A stretch of DNA of 63,753 nt, filler included, from Basidioascus undulatus (lineage: Eukaryota), in NCBI GenBank assembly GCA_000826855.1. It is 13 parts of 13 records of this genome, joined end to end, with 100 filler letters (N's around TTAATTAATTAA, not from the genome) between each part and the next. Parts side by side here need not be neighbours in the genome. Positions count along the whole stretch, not along the records: positions 29,788 to 53,865 come from JTLS01000249.1; 12 more parts are not named here. One strand, written 5' to 3'. Under the pieces are notes generated by a model. That model saw only the letters and a program-made list of their open reading frames with translations. It was not told where the DNA came from and did not search any database. Of the stretch, positions 35,332 through 48,717 are shown in pieces. A program made the translations under genes and the position numbers. How positions within the stretch are numbered: position 1 is the stretch's first letter; the number at the start of each line of letters is the position of its first letter.

Positions 35332-37755
35332 ATGTCCTCCTCCGCTCTCTCCTCATCCGACTCCGCCATCCTCGAGCGGTTCATCGAGTTCCTCCAGATC
35401 CGGACCGTGCACCCCAAGCGTGGGTCCCCCCTCCGCCTTGCCTCTCCCCTCCTCCGTCGTACTCACTCCGCAATCTGCCAGCCGACTACCCGGGCGTGAC
35501 CGCTTGGCTCGAGCGCCAGGCGTCCGAGCTTGGCTTGCCGTTCCGGGTTGTGGAGCCCGTGAAGGGCAAGCCGGTGCAGATCATGAGCATTGAGGGGAGG
35601 GAGAAGGGGCTACCGGCTGTGATGCTTTGTGCGTTCCTCTCTGTCTTTCTGGCTTTGGACTCTTGGGGTGATAATGAAAAGGATGTGCTGAACGAAGGAC
35701 GGGCGATAGATTGCCACACCGACGTCGTCCCCGTTAATGAGGAGAAGTGGGACACGCCGCCGTTCGAGGCGCGCGTGGTGGGGGACAGGATCTTTGCGAG
35801 GGGGACGCAGGGTGCGGGGCTTCTTCCCTCTCCATACGCCCTCCCATTTCAAATCATCCCGGAGCTCATGGTTCTCACCCCGCGAGCCAGATATGAAGAT
35901 TGTCGGGGCGCACTACCTCGAAGCTATCAGGCGGTGCGTGTTCTTGCCCTCCCATTGTCTCCTTCCCCGAACCTGACGAAAGCCCCCCTCTTTCGCTCCC
36001 CGCACAGCCTCAAAGCATCCAACCCCTCCTTCCAGACGCTCCGAACAATCCACCTCGTCTTCGGTGTCCGTCTTCCTCCCTCCCGCACCCTTCCCTTCCC
36101 TTCTCGCTTCCCTTCGCATCCATCCCCGGCCCCTCACTCCCCGGAACTCAACAGCCGGATGAAGAGATCGGCGGACACGACGGCGTGCGCGCGTGGATCT
36201 CGCATCCTTCGTTTAAGGAGCTCAACATCGGCTTTGCCCTCGACGAGGGGATTGCGAGCCCTGTGCCTAGGGAGCTGAGGCTGTTTTATGCCGAAAGGAG
36301 CCCGTGGTGCGTCTAAGGGGAGAGGAGTGGGAAGGGGAGGGGGAGCTAAGTGGATGGGGTGGGAAGGTGGGTCTGGGTGTCTGCGACGGGTAATGAGGGG
36401 CACGGGTCACAGGTGGGTCCACTCTCTTTTCTTTCCCCCTCCTTCTCTAGCAAGGGACTTGACGTTCGGCTCGAGCCAACAGTTCATCGCCAACGCCGCG
36501 CCCGCCAAGCTCGTGCGCGTCGTCCAAAAGTTCCTCAATTTCCGGGACGTTTCCGAAGAGTGCGTTCCCTGCCCTGCATTCCCCTCCCGCACCACCACAC
36601 TCCGGTTTGATGGAAAGATGCTGATCAAAGCGCATGGTGGATGTCGTATTGTGGTGGGCGCACAGGCTGCTCAAGTACGGCAAGCGCCCGGACTTGACGG
36701 ACAACACGCTAGGGGACGTGACTTCTGTCAAGTGCGTCTTGAGTTTCCCTCCGCATTCTTTCCCTTTCCGTTTTGTTTGCGGAACCGGAAAGGGACCTTA
36801 CGTCTCCCATGGCCTGGGTGCGGAATGAAGCTTGACGTTCTTGAAAGTGCGTCGCCCGCTCCTTTCGAACATCTGCAGCACTGCTGCCATGCTGACGTCT
36901 TCTCACCAACCCCAGGCAGGCGTGCAATTCAACGTAGATCCCAACTCCGAGCCCGTGCCTTTCCGGTCGCTTACACCTCCTCCGGCGCACGCAGGTCGTC
37001 CCTGGCCTCGCAGAAGCAGGGTTCGACATCCGGGTCTCTCCGTACGCCCCCTTCCCCCATCCTCCCCATCTCCACCCCATCCCCACACTCCGTCTCCCCC
37101 GCAGATGGCACGTCGCGAACTTCGAGGAGGTGCTGAAGGCGTGGTGCGCAACTGAGGAAGAGTCGGTTCCCTCTGCCCTCCTGTCTTACCGGTGGAAGCT
37201 TAAGGTGGTTGGGGTGGTTATTGTGTAGGGTCACATACCGCTTCGAACAGAAGTTCGACTCGACGCACGTCACCTCGCTGGAGGCGGACAAGAACCCGTT
37301 TTACGGCGCGCTCACGGGCGTGGCAGAAAGGGAGGGGCTCAAGCTCAGGCCGGAGATCTTTCCCGTACGTGCGACTGCTCCTTCTCCCTTGCGAAGGAGG
37401 TTGGGAAGGCGGTGGATGGGGAAGGTGCAGCTGATGAGTGGTGGGGGATACGCGAGTAGGCCGCCTCCGACTCGCGTTTCGTCCGGAGCTTGAACATCCC
37501 CGCGTTGGGGATCTCCTACTTGCACGATGTCGAGCCGTGCGTGGTCTTCCCCGACCCCCTTTTTGTATCCGCACCCCTCCCACTGGCAGTGCACATCTCG
37601 GTGGGATCAGATTGTTGCACCACCACAACGAATACGTCACGAAGCAGCTGCTCTTCGACGGGATCGGCTTCTACGAGAAGCTCATTCCGGAACTGGGGAA
37701 CGTGCCGGGGAAGGAGGGGGTCGTGGTGGTCGAGGATGTGAGGGAGAAGGCATGA
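35332..37755 (+). CDS. ACY1: Aminoacylase-1 (M20A N-acyl-L-amino-acid amidohydrolase), spliced
   Basis: RFIEFLQIRTVHP.PDY, HTDVVP, IFARGTQDMK, PDEEIGGHDG, FALDEG, FYAERSPW, GVQFNVVP..AGFDIR, EIFPAASDSRF, LLHHHNE. Confidence 0.92.
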
Positions 37756-38357
37756 GCGCGGAGGCGGGGAGTGGACAAGGAGGGCGATAAAAGGTTATAC
37801 TGGCGTGGGAAGCGTTTGTTCTCGCGACGAACCGGCTCGTCGTCTGTTTAAGGCGCTACCATGAGCCACAAGAGGCAAGGGCAGCGACATTGCTAGGGCC
37901 TTTCCGTCGCAATCGGAAGACAGAACCAGGACCGTGACTCCAGTTTGGTGTTCAAATGGCATCATGGCGACTGACAAGTGCTGCAAAGGGAATGACAGGC
38001 AGAATACCCGCATTCTCGTCTTGGGAGTAGGTAGTCGATCTGTCACCCAAAAGTTCCTGTTTGCTCAATGCGAATTAGGGAACTGGGCGTCGCTCCGACT
38101 CAAGCCGGGCCGATCCACGGCCGCACGCAAGTTCACCCAGCACATACATGCGCAGCGCTCACAGATCGCAAGGCAGGTTGATCAGACTCGGGTATAGCAA
38201 AATAAACAGTCCAGCTGTGCGAGTACGACCTCCCACAGAGCAAGAAGATAGGAGAGAAATCCCCGAAGCAGGGGAGAGAAACGAGAGGGGAGAGAAACGA
38301 GAGGAAACGGAATGTCCACAGGGACGCGGCGGGTGCACTGGCAGGTGGCACCGGAGC

Positions 38358-40458
38358 TCAAGGGCACGGCTCGCGCTTGTTGTCGAAGCACTGGACGCCG
38401 CCCTCGGAGGACGACCCGGAGACGGTGGTGACCATGATGCCGTCCGCGGGGTTGGGAAGGCCGCCAATCTTCTCGATCGAGGAGTGGCTGTAGTTGTCCT
38501 TCCCGTCGATGCCGGCCTCGAGATCCGCGTCCGTGTTCCGGCGCGAGCGGCCGCCCATCGTCCCCATGTAGGTGTTGGAGCTGCGGTGAGGTAGAAAATA
38601 GAAGGCAGGAGGTCAAATGGAGCAATGTGGTCTCATGGCAGATTGAGTAACTCACAGAGGCATGCTGTGAGAGTGGTCGCGGTTGGTGGTTTGCCCCTCG
38701 CGAGTTGCCGGGCAGACGAAGTGGAGCTGGAGGGATGTTCAGAGGAGTAGCTATTTGGTTACATCACCATGAAACGCACCAGGTTGACGTAGACACGGCC
38801 CGAGGTCGCCTGGCAGAAGACGACGGTCGGGGGCTGCAACAGAAACGGCCATGTCAGTCCGCGACGGATCGCCTCAGGGTAGCTCTTGTGGACGTACCAG
38901 GAGCATGACTGTTTTGCTTGAAGGTAAGCATCTGGAAGGATGGTCAATGCAAGGAAGCAGTCTTACAGTGCCACAACAGAGGGACGTGGACGGAGTTGAG
39001 CAAGGCGGTCGCAAGAACCCAGACGAACGAGACCTGTTGCGGTGGAAGACCAAGTCAGGATGTGGCGCATGATTTAAAGGCGCAAAGGTGGGGCGTTACG
39101 TACCAAGAAGTAGATTCCACCGTCACGCATGCTGGATACAATCTTTCAGTGTCGGGTATCGGGAGCACTGTGGCAGCTCGGAAATGCTCACATAACGCGG
39201 GTGAGACCGAAGGACACGCCCGAGTCAAGGCGGATCTTCAGAAGCCTGCCGAGCGTTAGGAGGAGGATGACACCGTCGACCACGACAGCTGTACATAGGA
39301 GATGTTAGCGGCGCATGTCCAGAATGGAGATGATCATGCTCGTACTGATGAAGCAGTACACTTGAAGACCACGAGAGGAAGCCGACTCGATCAAGCACGT
39401 CTTGAGCTCGTGGTTGTAACGGGCGGAGCGGTTCAGGTCTTTAAGGCTAGCAAGGTCAGAAGACCCGGCTGAACTTCGTCTTGGAGTACGGCTTACCCGA
39501 GAAGGCGTTCCAGAAGACCACGGCGAGCTGGGCAAGAAATCCGACAGCACAGAAAGCGGCTAAAGGGTAGAAGCAGGGCAATCAGTGCTGCTCCGCGTCC
39601 TTTCATTTCATGTTAATGACATACAGACAAAGAGATTACGGTTCCAGACAGCGATAGCCCTGTCCACCCATCTCATTAGCCCCATACGCTAAGCGAGCAT
39701 CGAAAGACATACCGAAGCATGAGACTGCCAGAAGCGATGGTAATGGCCAAACCCGCAAAGACCTGCCACGAACCAAAGTGAGCAGGGCTGTAGGTACGTA
39801 TCACAAGAACCTCTCCAAATTACGAGGATCGCAGTCATGGTCTGCTGGCAATCAATCTGCACGAAGTCGTGGTGTTAGAGCAAAATCATCAACGAGTATG
39901 CCGAATTTGAGACGTACTTCATGGCCCGGATGTGACTGGTAGATAATCAAAGACATGAAAAGACTAGTGGTGATCTGTTTATTCCACCCATCAGCAATGC
40001 ACGACACGAAGTCAAGGCAACAAGGCGTACACGGCCAATCATGTAGGCAAGCTGGACGCGGCGCGGCTTGTGTTAGCTCGGTATGGCAAGCCTGACAAAC
40101 CCGTCTCAGCCCGCTCACCATCGTCCACCGCCCTAGAAGCTTGAACCTCTATCAGCCTGGCATGTAATCCCTGTAGAAAAGGAGGACTCACACTTGAAGT
40201 TACCCAACGCGACCTGCACGAGGAAACCTGACCCCAGAACTATCTCAGCCGCCGCTCTCGCTCTTTCAAAGGCAGGTCCAGCAAGCGTACAAGGACCAGT
40301 GCCCATCTCCCAGACCCTGTATTGCGAAACGACCGTCAGCCGCCTGTCCGTCTCGAGAACACAGATACGCTTACCAAACGCCGAGGGAGACATCTATTGT
40401 GACTTCGTCAGTCCAAGTCAGACATACGTCTGCGAAGCTCTCTCACAGGCCATGGCAT
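38358..40458 (-). CDS. Multi-exon multi-pass membrane protein (possibly GPCR-like/DUF6533-type); model uncertain
   Basis: Short hydrophobic exons (LAAFCAVGFLAQLAVVFWNA, VVVDGVILLTLGRLLKI, SMRDGGIYFL, SGRVYVNL) bounded by GT..AG, and a polar tail ending REPCP*. Confidence 0.45.
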
Positions 40459-42198
40459 ACCAGACCTCTAAAGGACGGGGTAAAGCGGATCAGCCGGTGC
40501 GAGGTGAATGGGAGCCGTCTGCTGTCAACATACCCAGGTCGCGAAGGAGATTTCCGGAGTAATTCGCAACCGCCTCCATCTTTTTCGTCGAGAGTGGCGG
40601 ATGTGAGGGGTAGAGTCGACGAGATGTTCAGAAGAAAGGATTCAAATGAGTGGCTACCGTCATGGACGGCGAAAGATGGGTGGACAACAAGCGCGCGCAG
40701 CTAAAAGGTATGCGCTTGTTGAGATGGAGCGGCCAGTGGCCTGGATGCGGGGGCAAGTCCAAGTTCAGGTTGGTCGAAGAGCAATTTCAGTGAAGCTCTG
40801 AGCTTAGCCCCTCTCGAGAGTCCCCTGAGAGCCCCTCAAATTTTGTTGAATGCCCCCTGCACAGTGCTGGGGGCCGCCTCCACCAAGTACAAGCCCGCCA
40901 AGCGGCAAAAAGGCAACCGGCATTGACGGAGTCAATGAGTATTATCATTTTCGAGGGCGAGACAGAACAAACAGACTCTGTTGTTGTGCTTGCAGCCGAC
41001 ACGTTCTTGGCCGAAGTAAGGTCTACAGCGAGTCGCAAAAGGTCAGCGAAAGGATCGACAGAATCGGGAAGTCCACGCACGGACGACCCGGTCTCATCCA
41101 CAAAGTTCAGTCCGGCTTGCACTAGTCGCAAGGGTCTTACAGCTTGCTCCTTCTCAAGGAGATCCACCAGTTGGCCGTATCAAGCTGCGTACGCGGTGCC
41201 CTGAAGCGCCCAGTCGCCCAGTGATCGATCCCATGGACCTTGTGCCAAGGTCCTAGGTGCTGGAAACACGTGCGATCACGGCGTGACCATCACGCACTCA
41301 TCACTGAGGAAGTTTTTGAGTCGACCTTGTCGTAAGGCTCCCTCGAAAGGTGGTAGTTGATCGGCAGACGCGCATTTGCGGCATGCTTTAACCAACGAGG
41401 AAGGCAATCCCCTTTACTCCGAGGCACGAGTTCTGAATGCCTTTGATTTTTAAAGCGTAAGCCTCCGGGCATTTGCCAACGCTCTTTGAAAGCCTTGCCA
41501 GACCCAGAAGGTAGCTAGTGAGAATTTGGCAATTTGCTCAGAATCACAGGAGGCGTCTGCTGAAAGATGGGGTCCCAGTGGTGTAGAACTAAGAAACAAC
41601 ACCTCGAAACACTACTACGATCACAATTCTGTCTCTGATAGGACATCAGCGGTGCAGTGGACTATTATCGGGAGACCGCTGAGTGTGGGTTAAATCAGTG
41701 TAGACTGCGTGGAGTCTGACGCGATTCAGATTCCAGGGTGTACGCCAGGACCCGGCAAATTACAAAACACCCTTGTTCCTCAAAGTGGAGGCGGGTGCCT
41801 GTTTGAAGTTGTTAGCATGGTACCCGTGAACGGCCGATACCGGAACGTGCCGCCTATAGTCAGGCTATGCACAGTGATATCCCACTAGTGGAGGGCTCGG
41901 CCCTAACCGGCAAGGAAGTGAGGTCTCCGCTGTGGGCGATGCCACCATGTACTTGAGTAATACCAATGTTGGTATACATGACTTTAAGAAGCGTCTCTAG
42001 CTTCTAGCGAAGGCAGATCGTAACTCACAATTGAGTGACTCTTGAAGCGTTACTTTGCGACAAGCTTCAGGCGAGAATGTGCAGGCGATGGAGGACCGCA
42101 GGCGCGGTAGGTCATCACAGCGGAGTGATACGGTCGCTACGGTCGGCTAACTTTCAGGATCAAGTTGCGCAAGCTTGAGGAGATCTCATCTCCGCTTG

Positions 42199-43128
42199 GT
42201 CATGCTGAATGATATTTCGCATGTCAGGGATCACCATGCACACGGTCACGCAAGGGAGCTCTGTCTTCATCAACGCGCTCCAACCCACACAGCAGTCTTG
42301 GGGATGAACCCGTGCATAAGGGTGATGACAGCTATCTACGCAGTCAAGAAACCGTGTTAGCAGCCGAGTCCTGTGTCGATCCAGCGCGTGTACCAGTCAA
42401 GACTCGCCACAGCCAGTGTGATTCCTCTAGACTCCCAGCGTCCGGCTTTGCGACCAGCGACAACAAGAATGTTGGAGGCGAAGGTGATGCACCGCTGGCT
42501 GTGAAGCCAAGAATGATCGCTTGCCATGCGAAGACGCATGTTGCTAGGATCCCATCATTCATATCGTTAGTACAATAGTCCCATAGGTGACCTAATGGAA
42601 AACACATACCAAGCAGTCGGGGCTTCCGATAAACGGATTCCAGGTAGACCATCTCTCCACCGGAGAGAGGGAACATGGATCCATATCTGCGCCCGGCTTG
42701 TCAGACTGATTCCCATCGATTTCTGCTTCGAAAAAACATACACTCGAAAATCATCTGCCCAGCTAACGCAAGCAGAAACCTGGAGCGAACGGGCAGTCAG
42801 CTTGCGGGCGGTCTTCGCTGCGACAGCGGGTGCTACGTACCAATCACTATAAGATCAAGCTTGCTCCCGGACTGCCGAGACACTTCAAAATGGTTGACGG
42901 AGTTTCAAATATCCAGGTACCCACCACACGGCCCACAATAAGCATTGTAGTCGAGAAAAGCCCTAGGTGGCGCCCCAGGCCGCCAGCCAAGTCCTGCTCG
43001 TGCGTGAGCGCGAATGGCAGCTCGTTGGTCTGATCGACATAGACATCGGTCGGCTCCTTCTTCTCGTCGAAAGAAGGAGTAAGTGAAGTATTGGTCGTTG
43101 GGCGCTGAAGTCGGGATAAGAGACCCAT
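42199..43128 (-). pseudogene. MUP1: Mup1-like APC/LAT methionine permease, N-terminal half (disrupted)
   Basis: RHLGLFSTTMLIVGRVVGTWIFETPSTIL..GSPGASLIL*, PLSGGEMVYLESVYRKP, ILGFTAS, TLMHGFIPK, with stops and frameshifts. Confidence 0.88.
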
Positions 43129-44757
43129 GTCGTGGAAAGTTGAAGGAAGGAAGGCAAGGAGGAGGGAAAGAAGACGGCAGTCTGCCGCGGTTTATCTACG
43201 TGCTTCTGAGCTCCCGGACTGCGAGCGACCGCGCAAACTTTGTCCTGAATACGCTTGTTTCCATGTGGGGCACGTTTATTGCGCTAGAGGTGATCGTGAT
43301 GGCGAGCGACAGAAGAGGCTATCTTTCGTTCGCCAGGCTGCATGAAGCGACCGCAGCCAGCCGACTTCAGCCAAAGCGACCAAAATAGGGCTGTTATGGG
43401 CTGCACTTAACCGACGGCGCGATTGAAGGTACTATATACTGTACGTCGTCTGATGGTTCGCTTTAAATTGACTGAACAAATACTCTTGTTGTTGGGAAAC
43501 TGTACTGGTGCGAGCAGCAACGAACGAGACGCTGAAGAAAACAAGCGAAACGGCAATTGGTCAGCATCCGGGATAGGGATAAGCGTTCCGCGGAATGGTG
43601 AGGCAAAAAACGAAGACTTTACCCACAATCGCTTGCCTTTCCTTCACCTCTTCTCTCCAATCATTCCAATCAGCACACTCTTCGAATATCTGGGAAACTG
43701 ATCAACATGGGAAATCTGGCCCACTTGCGAGTCCTACCCATTCTGGGGCTCTCGAGTCCCGCTCGTCCGATTCCCTACGGTCATGCCTTTCCTCGAGCTC
43801 CTCCGCCTTCATTTTTCGCGACATCCGCTCGCAAAAGTCGATCGAATGCTGAGGGGAACCAAGTCGACCGTATCCCTGTAGCTCAGTCCTCGTCCTGCAC
43901 TTGTTCCGCACGGCAAAAGACTTCGGAGGGACATGTCGCCGACCTGCGGCAGGTCTTCTCAGATACCTGCGTAGATCTTGATCACGTATGTTCCTCATCC
44001 AAATTGAAGAACGTCCAGGCAACTAAATGTTTCGTCTTTTGATTTACATAGCGACTGAGTGCGCTCATTGACCTGTCGCCGGACGCCTCCTCCCTCACGC
44101 ATCAGCAACTTGTGCCTCGCCTCCACGATTATAACGATATCCTCTCCTGCCCACCTCTCCTCCTCCGCCGCTCTGGCACAGTCGCTTTCCCGCTCTTTTT
44201 AGAACCGCGATCCGACCTCGAGACTTCTGTGTTTGTCCCACCTCAGTTTCTCCCTACCGGCCCGCTTCGCGAGACCTGGAGCGCACTGTCAAGTCTGGCA
44301 CTCGAGCGCGGCCGAACGGGCCAGGACGTCCTCCTTGTGTCGAGCAATCTTGCTGCACTTCGTATGGTCCTGGCTGGCGCAGATAGGCAAGGAGGACGGA
44401 AGATGGAATGGGAGCGCGTGAGGCAGAGCTTAGGGATGCTTAGCAGGGGCAGCAGGGTCGCATGGCTGGCGGCAGAGGGGGAGGCGCTCGGCCATAAACC
44501 TCGGAGACGTAGGAGAGCGTTACGCAGAGATTACGATGATGATAAGGCGTGATCTGGATATACATGTCCGTGATGCTACCAATGGGCGACTGACGGACAG
44601 AGCCAGCATTCGCTGCATGCTTGGGGTCGTCATCAGGGGTCTTCTGGGGGACATAACGAACTCATTCACGAAGCGGTTGGAGGGTACGTCTGGAATAAAT
44701 CACCTTTCTTGTGCCCTCTTGCTACTACAGCAGGCATTGATCCTGGAACCACTGCCA

Positions 44758-46390
44758 GTCCTGACCGTCTTCAAGTCGGTGTAAGTCAAACACCAATGCC
44801 TTTGTGCATTTATTTTGGCCACACGGTCTGAATCTGACTTGATATCCCTACTACAGCATCCTAGTTCTCATTTGTGTCTCAGGCTGGGTTGTTCTTGGGA
44901 GGGGCGTGACGGTGCATAACCCTCACTCGAACTTTCACGACGGTAAGTCTGCCAGGACTCTCTAAAACCTTCCCAACTCTTACAAAGCTCTTAAATTTTC
45001 AGCGTTCCGCGGTACGAGCCACGGTCCCGTACGACTGGGCGACGGGTCTGTACAAGGTCAACAGCTATGCCGGGTGGAGCAACGCCGGTGGGTGACGTTT
45101 TCTCAACTACTTCGCACCAAGGAAGCCCCATTTGTTTAGAGAATATACTACCGCCTATGTCCTCAACGAGGTTCGGAACCCAGTCAGGACGATCCGCATC
45201 GCCGGTCCGCTTGGCCTGACAATCTGCGCTGTCCTGTCCGCCCCTCTTCCATCCATCCATCTGCAGTCTTGCGTTCCTCCCGGCTGACACGACGTCAAAC
45301 CAGGTAGCCCTTCGCCAACATAGCGTACTTCAGCGCTGCGTCGCTGGACGAGATCGGCCACGGCGGAACCACCGTGAGTCCTCTTCGCCCGGGACTCGCA
45401 GTCCTAGGCATTCAAACCGAGACATGCGCTGACGCCTTTGCTCTTTCAAATATCCTCCCTCTTCTTCGAGAAGGTCTTTTGGACGACCGCCCAGTGTGCC
45501 CTAACCATGTTCATCGCGCTCTCCTCTTTCTCAAACGTGATGTCTGTGACGTTCGCCCAAGCGCGGTGCGTCTACTCCCTCCTTTCTTACTGGCCGGACA
45601 GCTGCTCACGCGTGGTGCGGACAGTGTAAACCAGGAGCTAGCGAAAGAGGGTGTTATCCCGTGGCCGAAGATGTGGGCGTCAACTTGGCCCATCGGCTCG
45701 CCGCTCATGGGCCTTGTCCTCCATGCTATCCCGTCGTTCATCGTCATCATTGGACCGCCGCCGGGAGACGGTGCGTCTTTCGCTCTGTCAACCTTGCTCT
45801 GGAGTAACCGGGTTTATTGAAATGAGCTTCCCCCACGGCAGCCTACACGTTCATCATCGACGTAGAAGGCTACCCCGGACAAGTGATCAACATCTTTGTC
45901 GTCGTTGGGCTCATCTGGCTGCGTTCCGGCATCCGGAGCTGCACCGGCCCTTCAGGGTGAGTTTCAGAACATCTTCTCCCGAAAATGCACATATTGACCC
46001 TCGGCGCCCGCACGGCATGGTGGCTTGCCATTGTATTTTTCCTCGCAGCCTCCGCACTGCTCTGCGTCTTCCCCTTCCTGCGTCCCAAAGACGGCAAGGG
46101 CAATACCAGCCTTCCAGTACGTACCACCTCCCACTCAGATTATCTTGTCCCATTCACTCAAGTCCCTTTGCACGCAATACTGGCTCGCTTCAGTCATCGG
46201 TATCTGCGCCCTGGTTGCCGGCCTCGGGACGTCCTCCCTTTTTCAGATCATCTTGTGGCCGATCTTACCGATGCCGACGAATGACAGTCTACTGGCTGTT
46301 CTAGTGGAGCATATTCCCAAAAATCTTCGGGTACCGCCTCGAGCCGGTCAAGAGTGAGCTGGCGGACGGACGTGGCTCACTGAGGTGAGC
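44758..46390 (+). pseudogene. MUP1: Mup1-like permease, C-terminal half (disrupted)
   Basis: VLTVFK|ILVLICVSGWVVLG, YVLNEVRNPVRT, ANIAYF, TFAQAR|VNQELAKEGVIP, GPPPGD|AYTFIIDVEGYP, YWLF*W. Confidence 0.9.
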
Positions 46391-47486
46391 AGCGAACTGA
46401 GGTGTTTCAAGGTGTTTCCTGGAGTGTGGGACGTCTGGAGGCTCACGTCTTCCCTGCTGGTGCAGTACAAACGAGTCAAGAAGGATTGAGCATTTAAGGG
46501 CTTGCGGGTTTGAAACGCTTGATGAACGTTTCTTTGGTTTCTCTCTTGTATTAATGTTATAACGATTCGGGTCAACGATGCATCTCGGGGTCTATTGGCA
46601 TATTGCAGCCCGAAGAGCAAACCGTTTGGGCAGACCAATTACATCAATCCGGAGCGAGGCTGGCGCACTGTTCGGGCTTTCCTGCAGCAAGCTTGATGCC
46701 CACAGACGCCGAAGCTTTAAGCAAGGCCATATGTGTGAAGTCTGGGATAATTCTCCGGAGTTTGAGAGATGTGCGGTAAGAGGTGGACGCTGATATCGAG
46801 CAAACGCAGACCTGTCGAGAAAAAGTGCCGCACGTCCCGACTCGCACCGTGGCCCTGGTCCAGCTGCTGTGGGTTGGGAATTATAATCTCAAACAACCGC
46901 GCTTCATCCGACCGGGGTGATATAGGTTCTCAGGCATTCGATACGATGGGCTTTGGGCTCGCCGGTGAGCATGCGAATGCACAGCATGAGCCCTTGTCTT
47001 TCACGTTGTGGCTGACGCTGACCCATGACCTACTGTTTCTCTGCCATTAGGGGAAAATAATTTGGTCTTTACATCTGAAAGATATCCTTTTCCAAGATTG
47101 ACTTGCACTACAGCGCAGTCTGAAAGGCAGCGGAGTACACCTTGAGTGCCAAAAATCCCCGCTGATTCCTGGCAGCGCTCCCGGACTCTGTCGCACGCAC
47201 ATTCTTCAAATTCCTTTTTCCTCTCCTTCCCATGCTCGCTGGATCTCCCTTTGGGCTAATACATTCAAGCGGTGTGCGTAGGCCACCAGCGAGTCGATGA
47301 CGCCCGCTCACCGAACTCCCACGCCCTCATCGAGGCTGTCGCACTTAGACCCCCAGCGATGCTTCTTGGCCTTCTTCTTCCCAAACCACCATCTCCAGAG
47401 GAGCACATACCAATTGACCCCGATATTTCCCAGCCTTCGATCGCAGCCAACGTCCAGCCTTCTTTCTTCCCTCACCCGGGCCCGCT

Positions 47487-48717
47487 ATGTCCGATGATTC
47501 CATCAACCCCGTCCCACCGCCCTCGTCAACAGGGACCTTTCTCCAACTGCCCACGGGCCCGCAACTCATAAACCCCGCGCCCAACCCTCCACCGCACGGC
47601 TCGGACTGGAGCGGGCCCGCAGACGAGGTCGATCCATCCGAGCGCGAGCGGACCTTCCTCGGCGGGCGCGTCGTCCCGGGCGCGGGTGTGTCGACCTCCC
47701 CGCCCAATGGGGGGCGGGTCATGCGCGCGCATCTGAAGACGCCGCTTATGCGCCAGAAGGGGAACAAGGTGGATGTGGACAAGTGCACGGATCTGAGGGT
47801 GCTGAGGGATATGCTGCAGAGGAACGAGGGGCTGCTGAGGTGCGTCTTAGTTCCAACCCCCCCCCCTCCCCTGCCTGGACTCTTCTTGGATCCTTCTCCG
47901 TCTGACATGGGGACGGGATGGATGTGGGGAGGCAGGACGAACCCCAGTCTGAGCGACGCCCTCACCGGCTCGACCGAGCGCATCCGCGCGCGCATCGGCG
48001 AGCTCGACCTCACGTACGGCGTGCGGAGGATCGACATCTCCCCCGGCGCTGAGGAGCGCGGGGAGGATGCGGTGATGGATGATGGGGCGGTGGGCGAGGT
48101 GCGCGAAACCCTTGTGCGACGAAGAGCGAGGGAGGAGATGGTGCGTGCGTGCTGGGAGGGCGGCGGCGGGGCAAGCGTTGAGCTACTGTCGGGTTTCGCT
48201 GAAGCTGACAGATTGTTTCGTTCCTTGCAATGGGAGGGACTTCAGGAGGATGAGCAGGCAGACAACCCACACTTCATGCCGCTTGCGCAGTCCCTCGCTC
48301 TCCAGACCACCGCGTTCGCACGACAACGCGCCGCACAGGCCGACGTCGCGAGGCGGATGAACGCGCTCGCGTCGCACCCGGGGAGCGTCGTGCCCAGCCG
48401 ATATTCGTGCGTCCTTCTCGTTTCCCCATTCCCTCTTCCTCTTCTTTCCCACCTTCCTTTTCCACACCCTGCCCTTCCTCCTCTTCCCTCCCTTCCTTCC
48501 TTCCTTTCCACCGTGTTCACCGGAAGTTGACACAAACGAACCCCGTTCTCATAGTACTCCGCAATTCGACGAAGAAGACGAGTACCTGTCCGACTCGTAC
48601 GAGTACGACGACCTGGGGGGCACGTTCGGGCGCGAGACGCCGGGCGAGGACGTGCAGGACCTGAGCGTGCACGAGACGGACCAGGCTGGGGTGTTGCTGG
48701 AGAGGGGGCTGACATGA
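47487..48717 (+). CDS. Hypothetical protein, spliced (3 introns)
   Basis: ATG-initiated GC-rich frame with GTGCGT..AG introns and an acidic last exon ending ERGLT*. No family recognised. Confidence 0.6.

Noticed and set aside
40560..41640. Possible minus-strand gene or pseudogene (ORF 40787-41167)
   Set aside because: No recognisable motif and no consistent splice model could be built.
42840..46310. Premature TAG stops in Mup1 rescued by A-to-I editing, or halves joined by trans-splicing
   Set aside because: The halves also contain frameshifts and degraded conserved motifs, and the break falls within an exon. Pseudogenisation is the simpler explanation.
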